11,508 bases of DNA from Pseudothermotoga sp. GTDB lineage: Bacteria; Thermotogota; Thermotogae; Thermotogales; DSM-5069. A program made the translations under genes and the position numbers. This document shows, piece by piece, positions 1 to 8,253 of the stretch. The stretch is taken from NCBI GenBank assembly GCA_041640575.1, contig JBEPZZ010000033.1, positions 1-11,508 on the forward strand. The letters are read 5' to 3'. Every line of letters begins with the position of its first letter. Position 1 is the first letter of the stretch. The notes beneath the pieces are model-generated. The model was given only the letters and a program-made list of their open reading frames with translations. It made no database searches and was not told the origin of the DNA.

Positions 1-799
1 CATTCTCGTTTGGTAATCTGTATGGATTTTTGTCATTTGGCTTGTACAAAATCAGCTCAACGTTCTTGCTAACTGGGGACCAAACTCGAAATTCTGTATA
101 AATTGGTGTATACAAGCATCCAAGTGGACCATCGTAGTACAAATTGTCCAGAACTTCTAATGCATAAACTCTTGCTTCTTTGAATCCTTCTATACTGAGA
201 AAGATGTCACCAGAGAGATCCTCTTCCTTCAAAGGCTTGGCGAGTTTGATTTGGAAATACCTAGTCACGTTTATGTCAGTTGGGTCTGCTTTTTGAACCG
301 CAGTTATTGGAGTTGCCTTTCCGTTGGCAAAAACTGCAAATATATTTGTTTTTGTTGTGTCAACCGGGTGAGTTGAATAAGCTTCTATGAGGTCGAAATC
401 CTTGAGTTTCGCAAAAAAGATTCTCGGAGAAGTATCAGGTTTTTCTCTGTAAATCTCTTCCACCCCCTGAAGTATCCAGACTTCCGCAAATCCATCTTTT
501 ATTTCTATAAAGCGGTCTTTTGCTACATCTTTCATTTGCCATTCTCCAAGTCTAACGATGATTCCAACTTTTGTTAGATCCAGATCCAGGACCACTGTTG
601 CCTTTACCCCAAAATCGTCGACATCAGTAAACTGGTAACTTTTTCCTTCTTGCCCAATGGGCTCAACTGGCCATATCCACAAATTCCATCCCTCATAGTT
701 ACCATCAAATCTGTGGTAATGAACTATCACTGTTGTGGATGCGAAGAGAAAACCAACTGCGTAAATTGCAAGAATTACCAACAGCAAGAATCTTTTCAC
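1..799 (-). CDS. pulA: Type I pullulanase (GH13), N-terminal part: signal peptide, CBM41 domain and start of CBM48-like domain; continues past the left edge
   Basis: Hand-translated from GTG at 799, with SD GGAGGTG (812-806) 6 nt upstream: [64 protein letters not shown]...[52 protein letters not shown]...[24 protein letters not shown]. This closely resembles Thermotoga PulA as I recall it (HYHR..WNLWIW CBM41 motif, FRVWSP motif). Not in the ORF track because the stop lies outside the window. Confidence 0.93.
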   Translation of the reverse strand, partial: MKRFLLLVILAIYAVGFLFASTTVIVHYHRFDGNYEGWNLWIWPVEPIGQEGKSYQFTDVDDFGVKATVVLDLDLTKVGIIVRLGEWQMKDVAKDRFIEIKDGFAEVWILQGVEEIYREKPDTSPRIFFAKLKDFDLIEAYSTHPVDTTKTNIFAVFANGKATPITAVQKADPTDINVTRYFQIKLAKPLKEEDLSGDIFLSIEGFKEARVYALEVLDNLYYDGPLGCLYTPIYTEFRVWSPVSKNVELILYKPNDKNPYRLPNEN

Positions 800-805
800 C
801 CTCTC

Positions 806-827
806 CACCTCCAAGAAAATTATATCA
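806..827 (-). promoter_or_regulatory. Putative extended -10 promoter and SD of pulA
   Basis: Minus strand reads TGA-TATAAT (827-819), 6 nt, then GGAGGTG (812-806). No consensus -35. Confidence 0.6.
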
Positions 828-1071
828 GGCAATTTCTGTAGATAATTTTTGCTAAAATGAAGCTGGAATTTTAAAAAGCTCCCTCATGGTTTTGGCTACA
901 TTCTGTTATTAAGCCAACAATGATATGTTCTTCAGCAAATCTTTTTTTATTCTACCGTCATAGTTTTGTTACCAAATTTCTTGAAACAGCTTACTCGTTT
1001 TGGTTTGTAATATAGGTATAAAACCAAAATGATTTGGATCCTATTCACATCTTGTGAGGGAGGTGTATTCT

Positions 1072-2634
1072 GTGGAGGGTACCTTATGGTCGATAGTACC
1101 ACCGCTTGTAGCAATTGTTCTTTGCTTTGTGACCAAGAATGTCTTACTATCACTTTTCATTGGTATATTCACGGGAGGACTTTTGCTTAATTCCTTTAAT
1201 CCAATCACCGCCGTTGGATATTCACTGCAAAAGATTATCGGATCGATAGCGGACGAATGGAACGCAAAGCTTTTGCTTTTTAATTTCCTTATGGGTGCTG
1301 GAATAGCCTTTATATGGAAACTTGGTGGCAGTAGGGCTCTAGCCGATTGGGCAAAGACCAAAATAAGAAGCCGTCGCTCGGCTGAGGTTTGGGCATGGTT
1401 ACTAGGTGTGATAGTTTTTTTCAATGATTACATCAATGCAGCGATAGTTGGAAATGTTACTAGGGATATCTTTGAAGAGCATAGGATTTCGAAAGAAAAA
1501 CTTGCTTACATTTTGGATTCCACGGCTGCACCTGTTGCAACCTTTTTCATTTCGGACTGGATTGCTTATCAGCTTGCTATGATTCAGAACGGATTGGACC
1601 AAGCAGGGATATCGAATGTTTCTCCACTAGTTGCCTTTTTGCAGAGTATTCCGTTTAATTTTTACTGTATTTTCACAGTCATTTTGGTTGGCATAATAGC
1701 GATAGGCCGTTGGGACTACGGCGCCATGCTAAAAGCTGAATATCGGGCAGCGAAACTTGGTAAAACTTCGCGTGATGGTGCCTCCCCTATGTTAAATGTT
1801 GATTTTGAACTTGGCAAGCCTAATGAGAGCAAGCCAATGATAAAAACTTTTGTCCTTCCAATACTTGCCTTGATTGTTGTCACGCTAGTAGGCTTTTACT
1901 ATACTGGGGCCAAAGTTGGTGGGGAGAATTTGATAGAGATCCTTGGAAATGCTGATGCAGCTACAGCTCTTCTCTGGGGAGCTTTTGCTATGACTATTAC
2001 TGGAATAATTATAGCTTTAGGTTACAAATTGATGAGTGTTGCCGAAACCATGAAAACAGTCCTAGAAGGTTTCAAACTGATGCTTCTTGCGTGTTCTATT
2101 CTAGTTTTGGCTTGGTCGATAGGAACAGTAACAAAGGACATGAAACTAGCAGATGTTGTGGTTTCGATGGTGAGCGAACAGACATCGTTTGCACTTGTAC
2201 CTGTGGTTGTCTTTCTTGTGGGCATGTTTATTTCTTTTGCAACCGGTACAAGTTGGGGGACAATGGCTATTCTGACACCTATAGCGATCCCTATAGCTTA
2301 CAAAATCACTGGAAACGCAATGCTTTCTGCTTCCGTAATGGCTGGTGTGGTCTTTGCAGGTGCAATCTTTGGTGATCACTGTTCGCCTATTTCCGACACA
2401 ACAGTTCTTGCGTCCATCTTCGCCGGAAGTGACCACATGGACCATGTAAACACACAATTTCCGTACGCATTGACAGCAGCTTTTGTCGCACTGTTAATGT
2501 ATTTGATCTATGGAATATTTGGTGTTTCTCCATTTGTCTTATTGCCAGTTGGAATCTTGTTACTTGCACTTATTGCTATGTATATGCATAAACGCCATCT
2601 GAGCAAGCTTGAAAAAGAGATGGAGCGGGCTTGA
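1072..2634 (+). CDS. NhaC-family (Na+/H+ antiporter-like) transporter, probably the amino-acid-transporting subfamily
   Basis: Many hydrophobic segments; motifs WSIVPPLVAI, FFNDY, KLAYILDSTAAP, GTSWGT, FGDHCSPISDTT, DHVNTQ. Start moved from 1054 to the in-frame GTG at 1072, which has SD GGAGGTG (1059-1065) 6 nt upstream. Confidence 0.88.
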   Translation: MEGTLWSIVPPLVAIVLCFVTKNVLLSLFIGIFTGGLLLNSFNPITAVGYSLQKIIGSIADEWNAKLLLFNFLMGAGIAFIWKLGGSRALADWAKTKIRSRRSAEVWAWLLGVIVFFNDYINAAIVGNVTRDIFEEHRISKEKLAYILDSTAAPVATFFISDWIAYQLAMIQNGLDQAGISNVSPLVAFLQSIPFNFYCIFTVILVGIIAIGRWDYGAMLKAEYRAAKLGKTSRDGASPMLNVDFELGKPNESKPMIKTFVLPILALIVVTLVGFYYTGAKVGGENLIEILGNADAATALLWGAFAMTITGIIIALGYKLMSVAETMKTVLEGFKLMLLACSILVLAWSIGTVTKDMKLADVVVSMVSEQTSFALVPVVVFLVGMFISFATGTSWGTMAILTPIAIPIAYKITGNAMLSASVMAGVVFAGAIFGDHCSPISDTTVLASIFAGSDHMDHVNTQFPYALTAAFVALLMYLIYGIFGVSPFVLLPVGILLLALIAMYMHKRHLSKLEKEMERA

Positions 2635-2655
2635 TGACCCGCTCCTTATTTATTT
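2622..2655. terminator. Probable bidirectional intrinsic terminator between convergent genes
   Basis: GGAGCGGG (2622-2629) pairs with CCCGCTCC (2638-2645): 8-bp GC stem, 8-nt loop. Followed by TTATTTATTT on + and ATCTCTTTTTC on -. Confidence 0.75.
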
Positions 2656-3633
2656 GAATTTGTGTATGTTTTTCAAGAAAACGGAGTAAAGCAGTGGATC
2701 AAAATGTCCATTATCTTCGTTCATTATCCTCAATGCCTCATCCACATTGTAAGCAGGCCGATAGTATCTATCAGACGTTAATGCATCAAATGAATCGGCA
2801 ATTGCAACTATTCTTGCGACAACTGGTATATCATTTGCAGTAAGATTCGACGGGTATCCTTTACCATCCCATCTTTCGTGATGATATTTGACAGATTCGT
2901 ATAAAGTTGAGAAAGACTTTCCTGCGAAGTCTGATTTTACAATGTCTCGCAGAATTTCTGCACCAAGGACAGTATGTTTCTTGATTATTTCAAATTCCTC
3001 GTTGGTCAACTTACTGGGTTTCCTAAGTATCTCATCTGCTATGAGGATCTTTCCTATATCGTGGAGAAATGCTGCTAAGCCGATCCTCTCAAGAATTTCG
3101 TCTGATAAAAGCCCTTCCTCAACACATAATTCTGCCAAAGTGAGTGAATATCTTCGGACATTTGTCATGTGTGCAAAAAGCTGAGGATCACGGTATTTAA
3201 TGATTTTGGCAAGCAGATCGATATAGTAATTTTGTGGAATTCGGCAGATCTCCTGCGATTCTTTTAAAATTCTTTCAACGGCTTCCAAGTTGTTGACAAC
3301 ATAGTCAACATTCATCTCTAAGAAAAATTTTTCGTACTTTTCATGAGAAACAACAATAACAAGTGGATAAATCGACGAAAAATGGTTTCGAACCATAGAT
3401 ACAAGCTGTTTTAATTCATACATGACTGTTTCACTTCTGGCGTCAAACACAACTGCGCTGTATTCGAAGGCTTGGCGTCGGAGGATATTGAACGCTGTTT
3501 CCATGTTGCTCACAGCCTCTACATTATGAGAACTTTTATTCTCAAAAGCGTCTTCGGTGATTGATTCCTGATTGCTTGTGATAAGGAGTACCCGATAAGG
3601 CATCTTGTGTGAATAATCAAACTCGCTCATCAA
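2650..3633 (-). CDS. HD-GYP domain phosphodiesterase (c-di-GMP/cyclic dinucleotide) with a degenerate N-terminal receiver-like domain
   Basis: Motifs AAFLHDIGK, IL.KP.KLT.EEF..IKKHT..G, HHERWDGKGYP, IVAIADSFDALTSDR, GHFDP. SD GGAGG at 3647-3643; start is TTG 3633 or ATG 3630. Confidence 0.9.
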   Translation of the reverse strand: MMSEFDYSHKMPYRVLLITSNQESITEDAFENKSSHNVEAVSNMETAFNILRRQAFEYSAVVFDARSETVMYELKQLVSMVRNHFSSIYPLVIVVSHEKYEKFFLEMNVDYVVNNLEAVERILKESQEICRIPQNYYIDLLAKIIKYRDPQLFAHMTNVRRYSLTLAELCVEEGLLSDEILERIGLAAFLHDIGKILIADEILRKPSKLTNEEFEIIKKHTVLGAEILRDIVKSDFAGKSFSTLYESVKYHHERWDGKGYPSNLTANDIPVVARIVAIADSFDALTSDRYYRPAYNVDEALRIMNEDNGHFDPLLYSVFLKNIHKFK

Positions 3634-3924
3634 GTTTTTTGACCTCCATCTATAACTATTATGTGATAATAAACATTAGCTGATAATAAATTTATCTTTA
3701 CAGAATGTTTAATTGCAGCAAAGCCGCACTAATATATAAATTAAATAAAAGTAGATATGTATAACAAATGTATTCACAAAGTTAGTACAGCAAACAAAAG
3801 TGAGTTTTCCAGACATTTAATGTGGAACAGGTGCGTGAGGAGTTAGATAGTTATATTTGTCCGTTGTGCTGGCTTTGAAACAAAAATGTGAGATATTTCA
3901 TGGATTGATGTCGAATGTTATAGT

Positions 3925-5271
3925 TTAAAAATCTTTCGTGATAGTAGGACTACTTTTGCGTTTAACCAAACTCCAATCTAGTTTAACTATTATCCAAGAA
4001 AGAGTAAAATTGAGAGCAAATCCAATAAGTGCATACAACTTTTCGTTCAGCAACAGTGCAATTAAACTCAATGTGAAACCGGCAAGAAAGGGTATAAGCA
4101 AGAACGGTTTAGCTGTCTTCCTTTTTGTAATAAGTAAGACTGCTATAGGGGGAACTACGGTGGGTACATAAAATGAATAAACATTCAACAGAAGTGGTAT
4201 GATATTCAACTTTCCAAGTGCAATGAACATTGAGATGCTACCAAATAACACAATCCAAAATTGGATAGCTCTTTTGTCTTTTATCTTTAAAATATCGTTT
4301 TGAATTATTGTTGAAGCTGTTAACAAGGTTGTGTCGGCGGAAGATACAACAGCCGAGAGAAGTCCGAAAGTTCCAATTAGTAAACCCACTTTTCCTAATT
4401 TTTTCTCAATCATCCTTAGGATGGCTGCACCAGTTCCTGGGGCAAGCTCTGGCGCTTTAATTCCAAGCCATGTTATTGCTATTGCTACTGGGATCATGCT
4501 TGCTGCAGAAATAAAAATAGCTTTTCTTGCTTTTTTCGGATCTTTTGCACACAAAACTCTTGAAAACATATCTGGACCAATAAAATAAGCTGTACCTGTC
4601 AAAAATAAGTATTCCAGGAGATTTTTAGAAGTGAATCTATCGTTCAGAAGCTCAAAATCAGTTTGAAGAAAGCTTTTGTCTCCTATCCAAGTCAGAAAGG
4701 GTATGAAGATGCTTCCAAGAAGGATTAAAAGCTGCCACTTATCTGTTGAAAACACAGACAACTGCCCTCCAAGTAAAGTGTATGAAATAGTGGCAGCAGC
4801 ACTTGCAATCAGGAAAAACTGCGTTCTGCTAGCCGGTAAAAGCGTTTGCACGATGATCCCCATGGCTTTGAATTGCGCGGCAACTATTCCAATCCATGAG
4901 ATGACGATGACAAATGCAGAAATCACCGCAAGCGAAGGGTGAGTTAGGTTTCCGAGAAGTTCAACGATTGTTGTTACTTTGCTCTCTCGAACCTTTTCAG
5001 TTAGAAGCAGTCCTTGAAGCGTTAAACCAATTGAACCGACGGCTAACCACCAAAAAGCTGGCCAACCAATCTTCGCAGCTGAGGTTGGTAAACCTATTAC
5101 AACCGAGGATCCAATACAAGTAGCAAGGATGGACATCCAGACAGCAAGGGTAGATTGCTCCCTACCTGCCAAAGTGAAATCTTCATACGTTCTTGCTTGT
5201 GAACGTTTAATAATTCCAAAAGAAACAAAAAATGCCCAGTATCCAATAAGAAGTACTGCTGTTAGCGCCAT
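3925..5271 (-). CDS. Sodium:solute symporter (SSS, PutP/PanF family); substrate unknown
   Basis: About 13 hydrophobic segments; motifs DFTLAGR, ATCIG, YTLLGG..SV..TD, R.LCAKD...A, SAVVSSADT. Start probably ATG 5271 (GGTGA 7 nt upstream) rather than 5301. Confidence 0.88.
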   Translation of the reverse strand: MALTAVLLIGYWAFFVSFGIIKRSQARTYEDFTLAGREQSTLAVWMSILATCIGSSVVIGLPTSAAKIGWPAFWWLAVGSIGLTLQGLLLTEKVRESKVTTIVELLGNLTHPSLAVISAFVIVISWIGIVAAQFKAMGIIVQTLLPASRTQFFLIASAAATISYTLLGGQLSVFSTDKWQLLILLGSIFIPFLTWIGDKSFLQTDFELLNDRFTSKNLLEYLFLTGTAYFIGPDMFSRVLCAKDPKKARKAIFISAASMIPVAIAITWLGIKAPELAPGTGAAILRMIEKKLGKVGLLIGTFGLLSAVVSSADTTLLTASTIIQNDILKIKDKRAIQFWIVLFGSISMFIALGKLNIIPLLLNVYSFYVPTVVPPIAVLLITKRKTAKPFLLIPFLAGFTLSLIALLLNEKLYALIGFALNFTLSWIIVKLDWSLVKRKSSPTITKDF

Positions 5272-5357
5272 TTCGAGTTCACCAAAGCACAGCTTACACA
5301 ACTAAGATTGAGGCACATTTATAAGCAGGTTAAAAACTCTAAAATACAATGGTGTAT

Positions 5358-7085
5358 TCAGGAGGCAAACTGAATTTGATAAAGCTTGTAATAGACTCCC
5401 TTTCTAGCAAGCAATTGATTATGGTCACCTATTTCTACCACTCTTCCATCGTGAACAACCACGATTCTGTCGGCATTTCTAACCGTTGACAATCTGTGCG
5501 CAATCATTATAACTGTTTTCTCTTTTGATAATTCCCTGATTGCCATTTCTATCAAAGATTCCGTTTCTACATCAATGTTACTCGTTGCCTCATCCAAAAT
5601 CAGAATTTTTGCGTCAAACAGCACAGCTCGGGCAAGAGCAATTAACTGTCTTTCGCCAGCAGAAAGTGTTGAACCTCGTTCCACAATCCTTGCATGTAAA
5701 CCGCCCGGAAGTCTGTTTATGATTTCGTAGGCGTGAACCTTCTTTAAAGCCTCAATAACTTGAGATTCAGAATATTTTTCGTCGAACAGTCTAACGTTAT
5801 CCAAGATATTTCCAGAAAACAAAATTACATCCTGAGGTACCGCCGAAATTTGCTTTCTTATCTTGCGCATATCATATTCGAAAAGGTTTTTACCGTCAAT
5901 AAGTATTCTACCTTTTTGAGGAACATAAAGACCGTTTATCAAATTCATTAGTGAAGTCTTCCCTGCACCTGTTTCTCCGACAATGGCTGTAAGCTCTCCC
6001 GGTCTAAAGGAAATCTGAATATCCTTCAGAATCCACCTTTCATTGTCATAGCTGAACCAAACGTTTTCAAAATCGATATTTCCGAGCTTTATCAGGTCAT
6101 AATCCTTTGGATTACCAAGATTCTCAGCAGGTTCATCCATCAATGTAAATATCTTTTCGCAAGAAGCCATTGTGTTTTGGATTATGTCATACTTTTCTGA
6201 CATGTCACTGAGAGGTCTCATGAAGGTGTCAACGTATGCTATGAAAGCATACAGTTCACCAAACTGTATGGTGGCACCTATAATGTACCTAGCTCCAAAC
6301 CAGATTATTACGCTCATCGCAAAATAGTGAATAAGATCAATTAAAGGTCGAAACACTCCAAAAACATACAGCTGTTTCATCATGGATCTATACAAATCTT
6401 TGCTCACACCGTCGAATTCCTTGGATTTGTATTTTTCTGCTTGGAATAGCTTTATTACATTCATCCCTGCTATATGCTCAGCAAGGTATGCATTAACTCT
6501 TGCAACATTCGTCCTCACTTCTTTGTATGCCTTCAAGTCAAAGTACCTGAAGAGCACCATTGAAACAACTATCACAGGAAAGATAAAACTGACATTGACA
6601 AAGAGCCTTGAACTGATTCTATACATGAAGAAAACAGCACCAATTAGTAGAAAAATGTCTTTCACTAATGCAGTTATGACTGTTGAGAAAAACTCCTGAA
6701 TGTTCTGAGTATCATTTACGATTCTCGTTGTTATCCTACCTGAGGGATTTTTGTCGAAGAAGGACATGGGAAGATTCAAGACAGATTTGTAAAGTTCACT
6801 TCGAAGGTCGTAAACAATTTTATTTCCAAGATGAGCGGTTAAATAAGTAGTAACATATCCAAGAAGAAATTGTAAGCCGAAAACACTCAACAAAGCAACG
6901 GTTAACGTTGTCAATCCCTCAAATCTTTCCAGTTGAGTGAGGTTGGTATTGTTTATAAAAGAATCTACAGCTTTACGAATGAGTTGAGGTGGAAGTAAAT
7001 CAACAATAGCCGAAACAAGCACTATTACTATAGCCAGTACAAAGAGCCAAACATAAGGCTTAGCATATCCCAGCAACCGTTTAAT
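5358..7085 (-). CDS. ABC exporter half-transporter (TMD+NBD; MdlB/YheH/TM288-like)
   Basis: N-terminal 6-TM domain; Walker A GETGAGKT, Q-loop VPQD, signature LSAGERQ, Walker B ILILDEATS, H-switch IAHRLST. Start is TTG 7076 (ORF track) or more likely ATT 7085 (see findings). Confidence 0.92.
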   Translation of the reverse strand: MKRLLGYAKPYVWLFVLAIVIVLVSAIVDLLPPQLIRKAVDSFINNTNLTQLERFEGLTTLTVALLSVFGLQFLLGYVTTYLTAHLGNKIVYDLRSELYKSVLNLPMSFFDKNPSGRITTRIVNDTQNIQEFFSTVITALVKDIFLLIGAVFFMYRISSRLFVNVSFIFPVIVVSMVLFRYFDLKAYKEVRTNVARVNAYLAEHIAGMNVIKLFQAEKYKSKEFDGVSKDLYRSMMKQLYVFGVFRPLIDLIHYFAMSVIIWFGARYIIGATIQFGELYAFIAYVDTFMRPLSDMSEKYDIIQNTMASCEKIFTLMDEPAENLGNPKDYDLIKLGNIDFENVWFSYDNERWILKDIQISFRPGELTAIVGETGAGKTSLMNLINGLYVPQKGRILIDGKNLFEYDMRKIRKQISAVPQDVILFSGNILDNVRLFDEKYSESQVIEALKKVHAYEIINRLPGGLHARIVERGSTLSAGERQLIALARAVLFDAKILILDEATSNIDVETESLIEMAIRELSKEKTVIMIAHRLSTVRNADRIVVVHDGRVVEIGDHNQLLARKGVYYKLYQIQFAS

Positions 7086-7124
7086 GCCTAATCACCTCTG
7101 TTGTTAGTTTCACGAATTATTCTA

Positions 7125-7943
7125 CTATAAAACCTCAAGCTTGAAAAACCTATCTTTTTTAAACTGATCTTGAAAAATTGTAAAAGGTCCAAGATTCCCT
7201 AACAACTTTTCAAGCGCTGGTCGCTGTTCAGGCGAGAACTCCATGATGATGGTTTTACCTTTCAAAAACTTTTCGTCTGAAAAGAACTTTGTGTAAAAGT
7301 CCATGCCATCTTCGCCAGCGAACAAAGCTTCGTGAGGTTCTTGAAGAACTTCCCTTGGAAGGTGGGCTTTGGTAGATACATAAGGAGGATTGGAAACTAT
7401 TAAGTCTATCTCACTAAGTAGATCTATCAAAGGCTCAAGGAATGATCCAAGAAGAAAGCTGATCTCACACGAGTGTTTTGAAGCGTTCCTCGCTGCAATT
7501 TGTAAGGCAAGTGGGTTTATATCCGTGGCAAAGCATCTGCAATCCGAATTTTTCTTGATCGCTATTGCTATTGCCCCCGAACCGGTTCCTATGTCAACAA
7601 CGGTTCCAATTTTTCTTTGCCTAATCGTATCGAGAGCTAAATCAACAAGAACCTCTGTTTCAACTCTTGGTATGAACACTCCAGGTATGATATCCAGCTC
7701 CAGCCCATAGAAATAACATTTTCCAGTTAGATACTGTAAAGGTGTTCCCAGTGAACGTAAAGTTGCCAAATTAATGGCTTTTTCAACTATTCTATCATTG
7801 ACTGGTTCTTGAAAAGAAACTAAGATTTTCTCCTTGCTTTTGTCACAAGCATGCGATAAGATCAAAAGAGCTTCCGAATTTGCCGATTCGGAAGCTTCCT
7901 TCAACATATCGCGAATTCTGATGTATAAGTCTCTATAAGTCAT
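7125..7943 (-). CDS. prmC: Peptide chain release factor N5-glutamine methyltransferase PrmC/HemK
   Basis: Motifs PLQYLTG...FYG, VFIPRVETE, SAM-binding DIGTGSGAIA, catalytic VSNPPY, EPHEALFAG.DG. Start overlaps the upstream stop (ATGA, 7943-7940). Confidence 0.95.
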   Translation of the reverse strand: MTYRDLYIRIRDMLKEASESANSEALLILSHACDKSKEKILVSFQEPVNDRIVEKAINLATLRSLGTPLQYLTGKCYFYGLELDIIPGVFIPRVETEVLVDLALDTIRQRKIGTVVDIGTGSGAIAIAIKKNSDCRCFATDINPLALQIAARNASKHSCEISFLLGSFLEPLIDLLSEIDLIVSNPPYVSTKAHLPREVLQEPHEALFAGEDGMDFYTKFFSDEKFLKGKTIIMEFSPEQRPALEKLLGNLGPFTIFQDQFKKDRFFKLEVL

Positions 7944-8239
7944 ACACCAAAGCGTTTACGCAGTTCCTCACTCATCCTTTCTGGTGACCATGGAGGATCA
8001 AAAGTCAGGTTTACCTTTACATCCTTTACTCCTTCAATTTGGCGAACTCTATCTTCTGCTTGTTCTAGAATCATCCCAGCAAGTGGGCAAGCCGGTGTAG
8101 TCATCGTCATCGTTACGGAGACATTTCCTTCTTCGTCAACTTCGACTCCATAAACTAATCCAAGGCTTACGATGTCCAATCCAAGCTCAAAATCTATGAC
8201 TTCTTTAAGCGCTTCGTAAACTTGCTCTTTTGTTATCAT
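7940..8239 (-). CDS. DUF59/SufT-like Fe-S (metal-sulfur) cluster assembly factor
   Basis: Motifs VID.ELGLDIV.LGLVY, MTMTTPACPL, FDPPW.PERMSE. ATG 8239 has SD GAGGTG 5 nt upstream. A DUF59 gene next to hemK is also the T. maritima arrangement (TM0487/TM0488) as I recall it. Confidence 0.92.
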   Translation of the reverse strand: MITKEQVYEALKEVIDFELGLDIVSLGLVYGVEVDEEGNVSVTMTMTTPACPLAGMILEQAEDRVRQIEGVKDVKVNLTFDPPWSPERMSEELRKRFGV

Positions 8240-8253
8240 TTTTGCACCTCTCT

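Noticed and set aside
650..841. 63-aa + strand ORF with a Cys-rich stretch (CCGC...CVNC) resembling a small metal-binding peptide or RiPP precursor
   Set aside because: It is antisense to the pulA 5' region; the Cys codons are reverse complements of pulA sequence. No SD and no modifying enzymes nearby.
813..1071. Lysine or SAM riboswitch or T-box upstream of the NhaC-family gene, which are common for this subfamily
   Set aside because: No recognisable conserved motifs (T-box AAGGTGGNACC, S-box or L-box cores) and no leader terminator. An Rfam cmscan would settle it.
1072..2634. Possible tetracycline-resistance call (Tet(35) belongs to the NhaC-like family)
   Set aside because: Family-level resemblance only; no mobile context or specific evidence of a resistance function.
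3807..3827. Imperfect hairpin TTCCA...TGGAA downstream of the SSS gene as a terminator
   Set aside because: The stem is weak, AT-rich and bulged, and the U-tract is not adjacent.
3700..3830. c-di-GMP-I riboswitch suggested by GCAAAGCC at 3718-3725 near the HD-GYP gene
   Set aside because: It is on the opposite strand from the gene and lacks the preceding GGCAAAC...GAAA hairpin.
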